The position numbers and the translations under genes are program-made. The notes below the pieces were generated by a model that made no database searches, was not told the DNA's origin, and saw only the letters and a program-made list of their open reading frames with translations. From assembly GCF_006345805.1 (NCBI RefSeq), contig NC_043001.1, positions 56,854,001-56,918,000 on the forward strand: a DNA stretch of 64,000 nucleotides, written 5' to 3'. Source of the stretch: Octopus sinensis (lineage: Eukaryota). Of this stretch, positions 24,721-39,381 are shown piece by piece; the stretch's first letter is position 1, and each line of letters opens with the position of its first letter.

Positions 24721-25734
24721 GATTTGCATGTGTTAGTTCTATCGTTGCGATTAACGATGATTTTAACTTTAATATGTTTATTCCACTTGTTTAATTTTCT
24801 TCTGATTTCGTTGTTGGTATTTTCATTAAGCAATTGTTTTTGATTGAACTGTTTTTATATCTAGTATGTTTTGGATTTTCACAATGGATATACCTGAATT
24901 AGTGAATTAGAAAGTGTATTAAACATTTTTGGCTATTTGTTTTGCAGGCATCATATGTATAAGTTACAGAAGTTTTTTTTAATTGGTAGAATGTAGCTAA
25001 TAGTTATGTAGCAAATAGTTATACATATAGTATAGATAAATACTTATGGTGTGTTCATTTATGTAAATTGTAGCTTTCCTGCTATATTTCTGGACTGGGG
25101 TGAGTGAAGTCTATGTATATTGTCATGGCTTATCTCGTTTATTGAATTATTTCTTGAAGATGATGCAGAATTTTCTGGACTCTATTTTTCACGCCTGTGA
25201 TCCAACAAAAGCGGAGTGTGCATTCCTCTTTAATATTTTATTGACACCTAAAATCTCACTCGGATTTTATTACGATTTACCGACACAGACACTAAGTACT
25301 TTTCTAAGATTCTAGAGTTTAATAATTCATTTACATAGATTGTTATTTCTGTATGGTGGGGAATGAAACTTCCTTGTGATGATATGATTTGTGCTTTGCT
25401 GGTTAAATGCATTGGCTAATCGGCGATTAATGCGAACAGATGTAATATATTTCTATTATTATGCAAAAAGCAATAACATTTCAGTAATATATCAATGCAA
25501 TAGTTACACAAGTATCAATTAGAATTCATTTTCGAAATTCTATGGTTTTGTTTAATTGGTGTTCATGGATGTTCGGTATGCACAGTTATACTTTTGTTTT
25601 GCTACTATCCACTGAATGAAAGTACTTCACGTAATATGTGTGTTCTATTAAACAGTACTGAAATCGTCATACTGCATACATTTATGTCTTGGTGCCTTAG
25701 TAACGCATTGTCTGCTTCTACTTGTTTCCATGGA

Positions 25735-25986
25735 TCTAAAATAGACGTACGTTTTTACTACCACTTTTCTATAATTAATTCAAAATGGTAACATAAAGTC
25801 ATATACACGAAAGACTTCAACTCTATCATACCTGTAGATTTGATAGGTGATTATAGAGATTCTTTCAATAAGTTGTGCCATTTTATTTAGGATAATATCG
25901 TCTGTTAGGACTAATAATTCGATTAAAAGGTGCTACTATACGTGGCTTAACTTGACAAAACTATTCGGTTGATTATTGTTCATTCC

Positions 25987-26021
<35 letters not shown>

Positions 26022-26763
26022 GAATAGCCCCAGCACTGTCATGCATAGAGACCTACACTTTCTTACAACGAACAGAACAGCTCAGACAAAGTAGTTACTG
26101 GTTTCACCAACACTTCGACATAGTCTGAAATGAATGTAATCAATTCAATAAAAATCTTTTGATGGGGAAAAATTCATTCTAGTGTTAAAATCAAGAATCC
26201 TTCTACTTCCGCTTATCTGTCTTGTACTTTAAGTGCAGCTATTCGTCCTTGATACTTTTCTCAGAGTTCAGCCGTATATATGAAACAGTCTTCTTGCCTC
26301 TTTCCTTCATTTAAGTCAATCTAGACATCGAGTAGCCTTCGTAATATTTTAACCGTTCCCAATAAGCAAACTCTTTGTTGCAGTGGCTTTATTTCACAAT
26401 TTACTTGTATCTTCTTCATCCAGTTTGCAAGTTCTTAACTATCCCTAATTCTCCTTCGAGTACGATAGTTATCCGAAAGATTTCATACTCGTTATCAATT
26501 GTCAACATTTGTACTTCTTTACCTTCTGTTCCTGTGTTGAATGCACCTAATATGTGAATAAGGAGATATTTATAACGAATTTTATCAACAGCTGTGATAT
26601 TCGGTTGTTGTGATTTGAGCTTTTATGTTTGTAGGAGAAAATTCTGAAATATTCGGCGTCACTCTGGTTCGAATATTCTCTCAGGATTGTTTGCCGAAGT
26701 GGTTCGAAAAATGGAGTAGATCCTGATAGAACTGAGAAACAACAAAATGTATGATTACGTCAA
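25735..26763 (-). mobile_element. 5'-truncated R4/Dong-like LINE 3' end (restriction-like endonuclease + 3' UTR)
   Basis: Translates to QPNITAVDK..INIS, EQKVKKYK, IVLEGELG and LQQRVCLLGTVKILRRLLDV* (stop ~26322). Flanked by an exact 26-bp direct repeat. Confidence 0.7.
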
Positions 26764-27035
26764 TGTCTGCTTCTACTTGTTTCCATGGAGAGAAACATGT
26801 TTGAAGTAAAGGTTGCTGGTAAGTATACTAGCATGACATACTTAGCAATGCAAGTCTGTTCTATAATTCGATCTCTGTAACAAAATGCAATAAAAGGTTT
26901 ACCTGAAGTACCATTGCGATTAGGCATTCACATGCACCTGAAAACATCTAATATTGAGTTCCAAATAACTGCAATGGTGAAACGCATATATGAATAATTG
27001 ATTTATACTTGTGTTTGTCTTAACATCCACTACAC

Positions 27036-27066
<31 letters not shown>

Positions 27067-27159
27067 GTTGTTGTTGTTGTTGTTGTTGTTGTTTTTGTTG
27101 TTGTTGTTGTTATTGTTGCTATTCTTTTGTTGGTCGCTCCTGTCGACTTCGAGAGAGTT

Positions 27160-27190
<31 letters not shown>

Positions 27191-27224
27191 ACAGTTTTTG
27201 AAAACAAAAGAATAAAAGAATCAG

Positions 27225-27490
27225 TATCTATTTGCGATTCATGCGTGAATGTAATTTGAGTCCCGGGATGGATTTTGCTATGTAGGCGCAATGGGGATAT
27301 CGGTGATTTTGATTTTGCCTGGGATTGGGCAAATGTGTCCGTTGATTGCAGTATATAACTCTTTTCTTGCTCTTTTACCTCGTATTAAATTGTTTTGATG
27401 CATCATGACATATTTTATGCCATGTAGATCGATCTAGGCAATAACTTTCCAAAGACGTCAAGTTCAGATGTAACGATTTTAGTGATTGCT
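27225..27490 (-). mobile_element. RTE (BovB-like) LINE 3' fragment
   Basis: Translates to SLKSLHLNLTSLESYCLDRSTWHKICHDASKQF, then a degenerate zinc-finger-like CAYIAKSIPGLKLHSR. Confidence 0.55.
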
Positions 27491-27574
27491 TCACCTTACC
27501 TTTATACCCAAGGACAGGTCTTCCTTTACCGTGATATCCCTCCACTCATTGGCCATAATTATAACAACGATCAA

Positions 27575-27965
27575 ACTTACTATAGGCACAAGGCCTGAAA
27601 TTTGGCTGGAGGGGACTAGTCGATTACGTCGAACCAGGTGTTTGATTAGTAGGACTTCGAAGTGGGATAGGCAAAATCGATCAAGGTGGAATTTGAACTC
27701 CAAGACGGACAAAATGTCGCTGTTTCATAAGAATAATACTGCTTTCTACTATCGGAACAGGGCCTGAAATTTGGGGGAGGGGGATAATCGATTACATTGA
27801 GTATCCCCCTGGTGCTTAATTTATCGATCCCGAGAGGATGAAAGCAAAGTCGACCTCGGCATTCGATTGACACATAAAACAAACAACGTTACGACAGGCA
27901 AAATATCTCTAAGCATTTCGTCCAGCATGCTAACGTTTCTGCCAGCTTGCCACCTTATGACAATA
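27575..27965. mobile_element. Two SINE family B copies in opposite orientation
   Basis: Contains cctgaaatttgg..gatcg, gatcccgagaggatgaaagcaaagtcgacctcggc and catttcgtccagcatgctaacg..gccagct. Confidence 0.65.
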
Positions 27966-28100
27966 ATACTAATGAAAAGAAAGTTGACCGCTGCAGTCCA
28001 TTTGCCATTTGTCCTTTCGGAATCGATTTTATTATGTACAGGGTTCGAAAGTATGGACTAAATCTGATTCTCAAAATCACTGTCTAAAATAGGGAGCCAC

Positions 28101-28140
<40 letters not shown>

Positions 28141-28704
28141 GTTATCATCGTCGTTACGTCATCGGTGACGTTGTTGTAAATATTTCGTTTGAATGTTTAG
28201 TAAATAATGAGGGAAGATTTAAAGAATCACGCACACAAATTATTATGATGATAGAAATAATACACCACCCAATTTCACAGAAAAACACATTTAACGTTGT
28301 GTTTTCTCTTAGGACGCAACTCTGTTGCAAGCATTTTAACACTGCCTACAGACTGAAGAAAATTTGAACCTTTAATGCTTCGCTTTGCACTGTATTAACC
28401 CTTAAGTCATAATTCTTTGCTTCATTACTAACCACCAGTCTAGCGGGGACCTTTCAAGAAAGGTCTTTCTTTCCGTTAAGCCGAAAAAATGATTTTTGAA
28501 TTCCCTTCCTAACTTCCATTTTGTATTTAACACTTGTTTAAAAGTTATTCTACCAAACTATATCCCTTATTTCTTATTTTTACATTATCTTTACTTTCCT
28601 TAATCCTCTAATCTTTTGAAATCATCTTCGAATGTGTCAACATTTGGAATTAAAAACTTAAAGAATAAGTAAATTCTGATATATACATATATATATGTAT
28701 ATAT

Positions 28705-28755
<51 letters not shown>

Positions 28756-28930
28756 GGTACGTAAGTGTATACACAAACACACAGACACACACACACCCAA
28801 ACACACGCACACATACACAATCATATGAGAAAAGATTAGTAAATTCTTTGTATTAGCTTAGATTATGCATACGCAAAAGATTTCATGTTAATATTTAAAT
28901 TTTTCGCTCGAAGATTGTGTTTGTAAATGT

Positions 28931-28987
<57 letters not shown>

Positions 28988-29104
28988 AACATTCTACACA
29001 CATATTTTTATGTACATGTATGTATATTTGCATATCAGTAATTATGTATACGTATAAAAATATACGTATGTATGTATGTACATGCATGTATGTGTGTATA
29101 TATA

Positions 29105-29135
<31 letters not shown>

Positions 29136-30129
29136 CTTATACATACACATATACATATATAAATATAGGAGAGTGAAAGAGAAGAAAGAGAGAGAAAAAG
29201 AAAGAGACAAAGAGGGAGAGAGAAAATTAAAGAGAGAGAGAGAGAGAGAGAGAGAGAGCTAAACGGTTCTACGCAATCAGATTTTTGAAACGCATTAACT
29301 TTTGACTGTCATATCTTTACTTATATTTTCAACATCGTTAGAATCCTAAGTCGTTAAAGATTTTCACGACTACAAAATTATGATTCTATAAAAGCCTGGA
29401 AGAAATATTGGTTAAGATAGTGTAACCTTATGAAATGTAAAGTTATGGCAGTAAGAAATAAAATAAATGAATCACAAGTTAATATATACGATTTGCATAA
29501 GAAATACATTTGGAACACATTTAGGAAACAAAATATGTAAGTATCACTCTCCATTGCAAATAACGCTCGAAGCAACACACCAACTGTATTGCTAAGACGG
29601 CGAAGTTAGATATATCCTACTGAGTTATCTCAGTTGGTGTTCAGAATCCGCCAAATTACACTTCTATAAACATATATGTGGCCACAGGGTAAATACACCT
29701 CAGCTGTGTGGGCTCTAGTTAGAAACAGAAACTTTTGTCGAGTTAGAGAGTAAAATAAAAAAAATAAAAATCTTGTGTATATAAAGCAGACCTAAACATA
29801 ACGCTGTCTTGAATGGCAACCTGCAGTAAATTGACAGAAAAATACAGAAATGCATTCAGCGTAGCAATTCATCAAATGTTGACTTTCACACTCACCTTCG
29901 CCCCCACCACCACACGCAAACACCATCACCATCTTCTACAAGGTAGGCACCAGTGATGTATTGGAATCAATTTGATAAATTTTATACTCTTCTCCTGAAT
30001 ATTTGGGACCTTTGCATATACAAGAAGCTACTGCATGGTCTTATTTTAAGAAACTAATAAAAACTGGGTTTGAACATATGTAAAATGTTTCTATTTTATT
30101 TCATACCGAAAATAATTCTTTCTGCTTGA

Positions 30130-30670
30130 GGCACAAAACGTGAAACTTTGAAGGATGGTGGAATTAATCGATTATATATATCGCACTATTCAAAGCGTAC
30201 TCATTTTATCGACTCCGAAAGGATGAAAGGCAAAGTCGACCTCGGCAGAATTTGCATTCAGATGTGTAAAGCTGCAAAAGATGCATCAAAGATTCTGCCA
30301 GCTCACCGCTTTTAACATAGTGGTTTGAAATTGTAGCACATGGCCAGCAATTTCGGGAGCAGGGATAAATCGACTACACCGACGTTGTGCTCAACTGGTA
30401 CTTATTTCATCAACACCGAAAGAATTAAAGGGACCAACCCCGAAAGGATGAAGGGCAAAGGGCAAGGTATTTGAGTTCAGAACGTGTAGACAGACGAAAA
30501 GCTGCTTAGCATTTTGGTTAGGTAGTTAACGATTCCGCCAGCACACCGCCTTTTAAACAATAGTTTCAAATTTTGGCACCGGGCCAGCAGTCTTTGAAGG
30601 GAAGGAAGTCATCGACCACAGTAATGACTAGTACTTATTTCACCAATCCCAATCCTACCAGCTCACTACG
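30130..30670 (-). mobile_element. Cluster of 2-3 SINE family B copies
   Basis: Repeated gaaaggatgaaaggcaaagtcgacctcggcagaatttg..gattctgccagctcaccgc(c)tttt motifs. Confidence 0.7.
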
Positions 30671-32321
30671 TTTAAAAGAATAGTAACAGATTTTATACTT
30701 TTGTTACCAGTAATAGTAATCAAAGTAATATTCAGAGACACATGCATTACTTTATCAATAGCTGCGTTTGTAATATAGTGAACAGTTAAAAAACTGGGAT
30801 TTCATATGCTGGCATTGTTTTATGATGATACATATCTAATGCGCCATTTTAGCTTACTGGAAACAGCATAGGATAAGTTACCACAAGATATGGCACTGTC
30901 ATTGCTTCAAGCAGTGGTAGCAAGGCAAAACGGAATATTGTCTTTGCGTGCTGCGTTCAAATGATTCTGCGGCGATAGCCTGAAGAGTCACCCTTGCTAT
31001 ATCCGACTGTGATACTTTCCTAAGATAAATTACTTGAGATAGCTGTCGTCTATGCCCACTGCTACGGATCAATATAAAAGGACCTGCTACAGCAATATTA
31101 TATACAAATTGCAAGAGAGACGGAATGTGGGAGGAGGATGTTCAATAGAGAGTGAGGGGAGAAAGAAAAGAAAGAGATGGGGGAGAGCGGTAGAAACTAC
31201 ACGAAGACAGAGGGGGAAATGAGGTGAGAAGGACAGTAGAAATTAACAAAAGAAAATGAGAGTAAAATAGAGAGAAAAAAATAATGCATGGACAGAGAGA
31301 AGTAGCAAAAGAGATAAATAGAGGGGGAAATAATTGGAAATTGAGAGAAAGTAAATGTAAAACTGTTTCGATGGAATATACCAAGAAAAGAAATGTGAAG
31401 GAAATATAGAGAATGAAGGATTGAAAGAAATTGAATGAGGGAAAGTCGGAGAAAAGAAGATTGGGTATGAAAGAGAGACAGCAAAACCAGTGGCAGAAAA
31501 CGAGAGACAGAGAAAGAGCTACACAGACAAAGAGTGAAAGAGGGAGGGGAAGAGCAATAGAAGGAGAGATATTTGGTAGATGGAACATAACATGAAAGAA
31601 GTTAAACAGAAGAAAATAAGAGGGAAAAGAAAGAAGGAAAACGTGAAACAAGAGTGAGAGAGGAAGAGAGAAAGAGAGACAGATAAGATAAAGAGAGTGA
31701 ATAGAAAATCGGACAAGTGAGAAGTAAAGATGAATGAAGAGCGAGATACAGATAAGAGAAAAGAGAAATATTCGAAGAGTCATGTCAAAGAAAATGGTAT
31801 AAACACGAATGTAATTTAGTGTGAGATAGAGAGAAAAAGAATGTGAAACGAGTGATTAAGAAAAGAGAGGGAAAGTGAAAGAAGAAAGAGATTTATACAT
31901 TGTAGGAAAGATAAGCAGGTTTATGGAATGCGTAATGGTAAAGGAGGGAAAAAAATTCAGCATATGATTGCAGCATGGTTTGCCTATTAGCACTTGCATA
32001 GCTGCACTTACTGGTCCATTCACTAGCATCGCCGTTCTTTTCTTCCGGTCGGAGAGGTTTTTATAGTGAGCTAGTGACACAGCTGTAGGTGTCTGCAAGT
32101 GACACATTCACTCAGAGAATAACTGAGTAATTACGACTACACTCCATCTAATGTCACACAGGTGTATAGGAGGGAGACACTCTTGACACAGTTCTCTCGA
32201 TGAATAACATATGAACACACACGCACGCACACGCACGTACACACCAACATACAAGCTCACATACAAATGTAGTATAAATGTATATTTGTAGTCATGTATG
32301 TGTATATATAAATGTATATAT

Positions 32322-32387
<66 letters not shown>

Positions 32388-33384
32388 GTGTGTGTGTTTC
32401 TGTCTGTCTCTCTCTCTGTGCGTGTGTGTGTATGAGTGTGTGTATACAGACCTAGGCGCTCCGCTTACACACGCACACGTACAAAGACCAAACGGAAAAT
32501 ATAAGCAAAAATAAAATCCAAGAAAACCTACATAATAATAACAGCAAATAGCATGAAGCTATTCTGGATAAGAAAGCAAGATAAAGAGAAGTATGATGGT
32601 AATGTTTTAGTAGAAAGACTCACTTCTATGTGCGTCTATTGATTAGAAATTTTGTAATTGATCCAAATATATTTTAGCTAATAGACCATGGGTTCTGGAG
32701 AAAAAATAGAATAAATGGAAATGAACTTCTTTCAATGTAGGGGTTAAACCACTTCAGCTTTCGGTTGGCAACGCTCTTTGCCTGGCATGAATGTGATTTC
32801 TTTTTCTTATTGTGGTCCCTTTTGTGGGATTTATATCAAGCTTTAGCCATTCAACAGTTGTTAGCTAAAATGTTCTGTTGCTGTTTTATATATTTTCTCT
32901 GTGACCCTGGAGACTACGATAAAGTGCTATAAGATGACGATGACGACGATGATGACGATGACGAGCTGACACGGATGATGAAGAGGATAACAAAGAATAT
33001 GTATGTGTAGTACTGTGTTTTTTTTTTATTCTTTTTCTGCTCTTATCGATCGGAGCGCGTAGGATGGTTTCATTTTGCACCACTACGTCTCTCACATGTT
33101 CTACTATATTAACAGATATACAAACACACATACAAACACACATCGATGAACGCACGGGCGCACACACACATACACACATATGATGTATACATATATACTG
33201 CCATGCCTATATAACTACTAACAAATAAGTAGAGCCCTTTGATAGTATTGTAGAGCCAAGAAGTTTCAGGAACTGACTTTTACTCCCATGTCTCTGTGTG
33301 CTCGAAAACAGCTATGATCCAGTCGAAACCATCATGGTTATATTTTTACATATAATGAATCTAAGTCTATTCTTTTTTTTATTC

Positions 33385-33730
33385 TTTTACTTGTTTCAGT
33401 CATTTATCTGCGGCCGTGCAGGAGAACCACCTTGAAGGGGTTTAGTCAAGCAAATCGACACCAGGACTTGTTTTTAAAGCCTAGTACCTATTTTATCGGT
33501 CTGTTTACCCGAACTGCTAAATTATGGGGACGTAAAATCACCAACATCGGTTGTCAAGCGGTAATGGGGCACAAACACACACACATACTGTTCTGCCTAC
33601 CAAATCCACTCACAAGGCTTTGGTTGGCTCAGACTATAGTATAAGGTACTTCCCCAAGGTGCCGCGTAGTGGGACTGAACCCGGAAACATATATTTGGGA
33701 AGCCAGTGACCAACCACACAACCACGACTC
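33385..33730 (-). mobile_element. Near full-length SINE family A
   Basis: The head gggactgaacccggaa (B-box, reverse) and the body are homologous to 882-1160. Confidence 0.8.
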
Positions 33731-35144
33731 TATCAATTCTTACACAATTTCAGTGATGTGATTTGATGGAAATATGGCTGCTATACCTAGCTGATTAAAT
33801 CCATGCAAAGGCTTTTTGGTTCTCTCGATTTCTGGCAGTTACAGTTACTTCATAAACGCATTTTTAGTTTTTAATGAATTGTCCCCACCGCCTTGATTAT
33901 CCCACAGATCAAATGATTCTGTTCTTATACAAACCCATTATCACTGACTACAGTATCCAGCCAGAGGCTCGTTGCGGGTGCATTCTACTTTGCACCTACG
34001 CCTAGGCAACGCTTTACACAACACTACAGCATTGAAAACGTCATAAAATGACCCATAACATTTTTTCACAAATTACAATCAAATCGGCTTTCCTTTGATT
34101 GATATTTTCAAATGCCGTAGCCATAGTAGAAATTTGCGCATCAGCAAATAAAACGCCAAATCACCCCCGCAGAGTGAGTGACGATAGAAGTCGGATTTTA
34201 TAGCCAACATTATCTGACAGAAAACGGAGAAGCACAAATTTATTCACTGACACAGTCTTGAACTAATATAAAGCCATCAAAACAATACAAGACCACTGTT
34301 CCATGGACATCATTCGCTCGGGTACATTATATTTAGTGGCAATTTCCACTGCGTATACGAACCCGCGGCTGTCGAAATCTTATAAAAGAATCTATAACAG
34401 TTTTGCTGAATTACTATAAAACAGGCACAGTTCATTTGGAGAGGAAGTATAATTTCAAATTAAAATAAGTAAATCATGCAATATTTATAATTGCTTTGAG
34501 CTTCTTAGTTACGTCTCTTTACATTCTGAGTTCAAATCAAGACGTTGTCGATTTTGCCATTATTATTTACAAATCGATAAAAAAAAAATGTCAACCAAAT
34601 ACATGTATTGATATACATATTCTCAAATTTGAGGCCAATTTCCCATACTAGAAATAATTTAATATTTCCCCCGCTGGAAAGGTGCGGTCATATTATGGGG
34701 GTGGGTTTAGAGGATGCAAGTAGTGAAATAAAAGACTGATTTGTGATTTTAGCCAGAAAAAAATATTTCTGCTGCTATTCTCAGAGAAGCCATTTTACCA
34801 CCATGTCTTAACACTTTAATTTATATTCATATTTGACAGTATTGGATTAATGCGGGAAAAAGTCCATCGTTGTTTTCTATTTGCCAGTCCTGACCAAATA
34901 GGGCTTGCTTCGTTTGGAATGAATAGCAATATCTCGTATTTTTATATATTCTATACCCCGATTACAAAACTGTTCAGTAATTTTGTTATCTGAAATGGCA
35001 CAATCCAACCTGTTTTGAAAGATATGTGGCTGTTATTTCCAGCAAGTTAAGAAACCACATTGAGGCTTCATTAGTAGTTCGTGTTAGGAAGTATTGCTCA
35101 AAGATATTCGATTAATGCAAGTAGCATTAGGAATGAAGTACAAC

Positions 35145-35342
35145 CCTTGCTCTGCATGATGAATTGATATGTATAATGAACAGGGAATCCGATTATAAAA
35201 GCGCAACTTCTCAAGGAATAAGGCAATTGCATAGATAAGCAGCCGAACGAAGCCGGCATAATCATGGAGTGAAACATTGTCAATAAATAGAAATTTATGG
35301 CTATAAAGAGGAACGGTTTGAGCGAATGGGTGTGTATTTCAC
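35145..35342 (-). CDS. Candidate exon of the unidentified minus-strand gene (donor uncertain)
   Basis: Acceptor atatttcaag|GT with open frame EIHTHSLKPFLFIAINFYLLTMFHSMIMPASFGCLSMQLPYSLRSCAFIIGFPVHYTYQFIMQSK. The donor is weak. Confidence 0.35.
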
Positions 35343-35997
35343 CTTGAAATATTAAATACATATGATTGAATATAATGCAATTGATCAGGTTAATGTAGTT
35401 ATTAGATGATGGTGAAGATAAAGTTGAGGATGAGGAAGAGAAAGGAGGAGAGATATGGCTACAACAGTTGGAGTAGCAATGATACTGAAATCAAATGATG
35501 TTAACATTATGTTTCTTGTGGTTGTTATGAGTTGTCAATATTTAGATATAAATTATCCCACTTCTAATCTATCTGGATGATATAGAAAGAAAATAGTGCA
35601 ATTTACATTCTGATTGGTTGCGTATCCTAATCGTGCCGCGGTCTATCACTCTCGTTATTGGTGTATACAAATGCATATATATGTGTGTATGAATGTATAT
35701 ATATATATATATTATGTGTTTATGTAGATAGATACACGCACATATAGTATATATACATACATTCATACATACATATATATATGTACACATACATACTTAC
35801 GTACACACACATGCGTGTACATTTATTTTATAATGTTTTTATGCCTGTATATGTGTGTGTTTGTGTATATATGTGTGTATATGTACAATATAAGTATATA
35901 TATATGTGCATATACATACACATATATATATATATATACTTATATACACATTATATATACATATATACATATCTGTAAATACATACATATATATCAA

Positions 35998-37330
35998 TAT
36001 CTATAAAGCTGAAATGCGAAAAAGTTGTTTGTCTCATTTTGGGATGGGAACGATTTAAGGGGCGGTAGATGGGGTCGGACTGGCGCCAAAATTTACGGGG
36101 ACATGTAAGAAGAGGCGAGGAAGCGACTAGACTAGGTTAGAAACCACTGTCTCAAAAGCTGTGGTTACTAGGGTAACAAAACCGAGACTTTGACAAGTCT
36201 TTGTCGTTTCTCACTTTCGGATATCAGCCTGTCTTCCTCGATCTCTCTCTTTCCTTTCTTCCCTCCACGTACTCTCTATAACGACGTTTGACACCTTCCA
36301 CTCTCATTCCCTCTTCGCCTTCGCCGTATCTCTGTCACTCTTTCTCCCACCACCTCTCTCAGTGTACGTCTGTCTGTATCTATAGAGAGAAAGCGTTGAC
36401 AGCCGTAAAAGTTTAAATATTCCCGCCACAGGTCTTTTAGAACGGTGAATTGTTAACGCCCACCACTCCCGCACAATCATAACAGGTATTATTACTCAGA
36501 TATATTGTGTTAATTTATATGTATATGTGTGTATATAAATATATTTATAATGTGTATACATATATATATATGTTTATATATATAATCATCAGTATCTATA
36601 AAGCTGAAATGCGAAAACGTTGCTTAATTTCTTGGTTATTTGTCTCATTTTGGGATGGGAACGGTTTAAGGGGCGGTAGATTGTGTCAGATTGGCGCCAA
36701 AATTCACACTGGGGGTAAAATGGGGTGGGCAATGGGATAGACAGATTGCGGTGTTTGAGTAATGGTGGCTTTTCGTGTCGCTGCAGGGGCTAGAGGCGGT
36801 TATCTTTAATCAAATCTATAAAATGAAGAAGACAAACGTTGATACAAATTGGAAGACGTTTTGGGGCTCTACATTGGTTGCTTTGCTGTGAAAACGGGGA
36901 TTTTATTGATTTTTGGAGATACTTGGGGGTCTAGATTGGACATCTTTTGCCATATTGCAATCAAATTTTCAACATGGTAAAGTGGAAGCGGATTTGTAAT
37001 TTAAGCGCGGAAAATGGGTTCGAATTTTTGAAAATTAAGGCAAGACTTTTGAAGTTGAAAAAAATTTCTTATTGTTACGTATTTTTGCCTTTTATTTTTT
37101 ATTGTTTACATTTTTCATTTTTTTCTGAAAGAAATTTATAGCTGCATGTAGCCCGTGTTTAGAGCTTTCATTTGCATGGTCAATCGTCAAAAAATTCCCC
37201 AAATAAGTACAAAATTTAACAAAGAATTTTGTTTTCCTTATTTTCAATCGCTCAAATAATTGCACGTACAGAAGGCAAGTGTGCTTTCCGTTGTCACTGC
37301 CTGATATCTATTATTGATCTTTCTAAATAT
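35998..37330 (+). mobile_element. Two related Helitron-like 5' ends (~36000 and ~36592)
   Basis: tatctataaagctgaaatgcgaaaa..tttgtctcattttgggatgggaacg..ggggcggtagat..ggcgccaaaatt occurs twice next to TA-rich tracts. No CTAG 3' end was found. Confidence 0.35.
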
Positions 37331-37980
37331 TTTCTTTCTCTACTCACTCAAGATCTTTTGTTTTTTTATAGATGGGGGAGAGATAGATAAAGATAGAGTG
37401 TAAGAGAAAGCGAGGGAAAGTCCGAAAGAAAGGAAGAGTAAGAGAGTGGGAAAGTGAGAGAGAAAGGAGAGAGAAACAAAGAGGGAGAATGTAGCGATAA
37501 GAAACAGAAAGGAAGCAACAGAAAGTAACAACCATACCCTCACCCGCAGGTAGAGCGGGTCACCTTAAGCTAGTTTATATATATACACACATACATACAC
37601 AAACACAGCCATAAAGGAATGAGGAGTTTATGAAATATATATACACGCATGTGTATGCGTTCGTTTGTGCTTTTGTAAGTGTATGCGTGTGTGTTTGCGT
37701 GCGTGCCTGTGTGTATGCGTTATTTACTGCCAAGTGATAGGTTATTTACCATTAACCTTGTTGATACTCACTATATCCTGATCGCTATACAAATACTAAC
37801 CATGGAACAAGCATAACAGTTTATCTGCACCAGCAGCAACACGCCACTCCACACTACATCACACCACACTACACCACACTGCCCCATAGCACTCTACTCC
37901 ACACCGGCACCTGACACCTTCCAAACAAATTCTTAACACAGACCATTAACAATGAATGTCATTGAAACTATGTAACTTAC

Positions 37981-38160
37981 AAGAACACAGAAATACAATC
38001 TTTCTTCTCTCTTGAATCTGAATTAGATTTGAAGTATGTCTTGTAACTTTGGAACAAAAATGTGGCCATCACACTGGCTTTAGATTGGCGTGTTATTGCT
38101 TTTGACATCGGAAACCTCTTTTCCCTTTGCTGACTCTCGATTAGAAATGTCATTTCTTTC
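37981..38160 (-). CDS. Candidate internal exon of the unidentified gene
   Basis: Acceptor gttcagcttcag|G and consensus donor TT|gtaagt. Length 180 nt, phase 2-2, reading KEMTFLIESQQREKRFPMSKAITRQSKASVMATFLFQSYKTYFKSNSDSREKKDCISVF. Confidence 0.55.
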
Positions 38161-38988
38161 CTGAAGCTGAACATAGAATCAAAGTAAATTATAATTTTGT
38201 TGCAGTATTTTCTTTCAGTTTATATCCCAATTATCACAAATACCTATGACAACCAATGGCACTTAGTATAATGGTTACATGCTGGAGAGACAGTTTTTAG
38301 AAAATCTACAATTAGAAAATGTTTTAAATGAAAATTAAATCATTCTTACAAAGTTCAATGTATTCTATTTCCTACGTCGCACAATACTGTTTAATAGAAT
38401 TTTATATTATGGATACCTGGCTGTAAGCAAAAGTAAATTGCGTGATACTTGTACTGAGATAGTTACCTCGTTTATCTTATGTAACTGAAGAATGCTTGAG
38501 TATTAGAATGATTTTCAGTATTGACTTGATAAATCTTTGTAGTAAATTTAGTATTTGTCAATTAGTAGACATTCATACGTTCATTATTTTATTCTCGTAG
38601 GCGAGAATTGTAAATGGCCTTGCTACTCTTTCATTAAAAATTTACATTCGGTGAGCCAATACCTGCCCATTTATTCTCTCTATATGTGTATCAGTGTTTT
38701 ACAGCGGACTGAAGAGGAGTATCCATGAGTTTTCATAGCATCTGATAATGCTAGAACATGTGGGAAAATTATCCTGAATCATAAGACCTGATCTCAAACC
38801 ATGCATCCGAGTAAAGTCCATTAAGGCAATAAAGGAACAGGTGGTGGCGTTAAACTCTGTTACCCAAGAACATATAATGTTTAAAAGAAAATCCACAAAG
38901 CTTCTCATAAAACAAGAAATATAACCAACCCGCCGTCCTAAACGAGTACTTCAATTTATCGATGCTAAAGGATCAAAGTTAAAGTCAC

Positions 38989-39172
38989 CTTGGCCTGATT
39001 CGACTTCAGAATGTTGAGAGCCCAAACAAATGTCGCTGGGCATTTTGTCCTATGTTCTAATACTTCGCAAGTTGCTTCGAATAAAGCAAGAGAAACTTTC
39101 ATCATTTTCTTTTTCACTCCATCATCCCTTCTCAATAGGGCATGTTCAGTCTTTATAGCCAAGGTTTTGCAA
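38989..39172 (-). CDS. Candidate internal exon of the unidentified gene
   Basis: Acceptor caactttccag|T and donor AAG|gtgact, reading CKTLAIKTEHALLRRDDGVKKKMMKVSLALFEATCEVLEHRTKCPATFVWALNILKSNQAK. Confidence 0.55.
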
Positions 39173-39381
39173 CTGGAAAGTTGATACTATTAGTTCAGTT
39201 ATTCTAACTGTTTGTTCTAACATTTCTTCTAAGTCAAAACATCTAGTAAATATGGATATCCAGAGGGATAGGATATCCGTTCAACATCAGAGGTTAAATT
39301 TCATAGGCATATTAGCACAGGAACATCAGTAGAAGTATGCCACATCTCTTTGATGCTTCGGCCGATACAGTATCGGAATAC

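Noticed and set aside
25740-25830. Minus-strand AAAA-CGTACG-TC similar to helix III of the array HHR
   Set aside because: The upstream core and helices I and II cannot be formed convincingly.
29577-29640. 10-bp inverted repeat ACACCAACTG/CAGTTGGTGT
   Set aside because: It is short with a 44-nt loop and has no second copy or supporting context, so it is compatible with chance.
30985-31015. CTGAAGA-GTC..GAC resembling an HHR stem II
   Set aside because: It is not followed by GAAA or helix III.
31142-31783. 213-aa hydrophobic ORF resembling a membrane protein
   Set aside because: It arises from a low-complexity GA-rich tract and shows no recognisable domain or splice signals.
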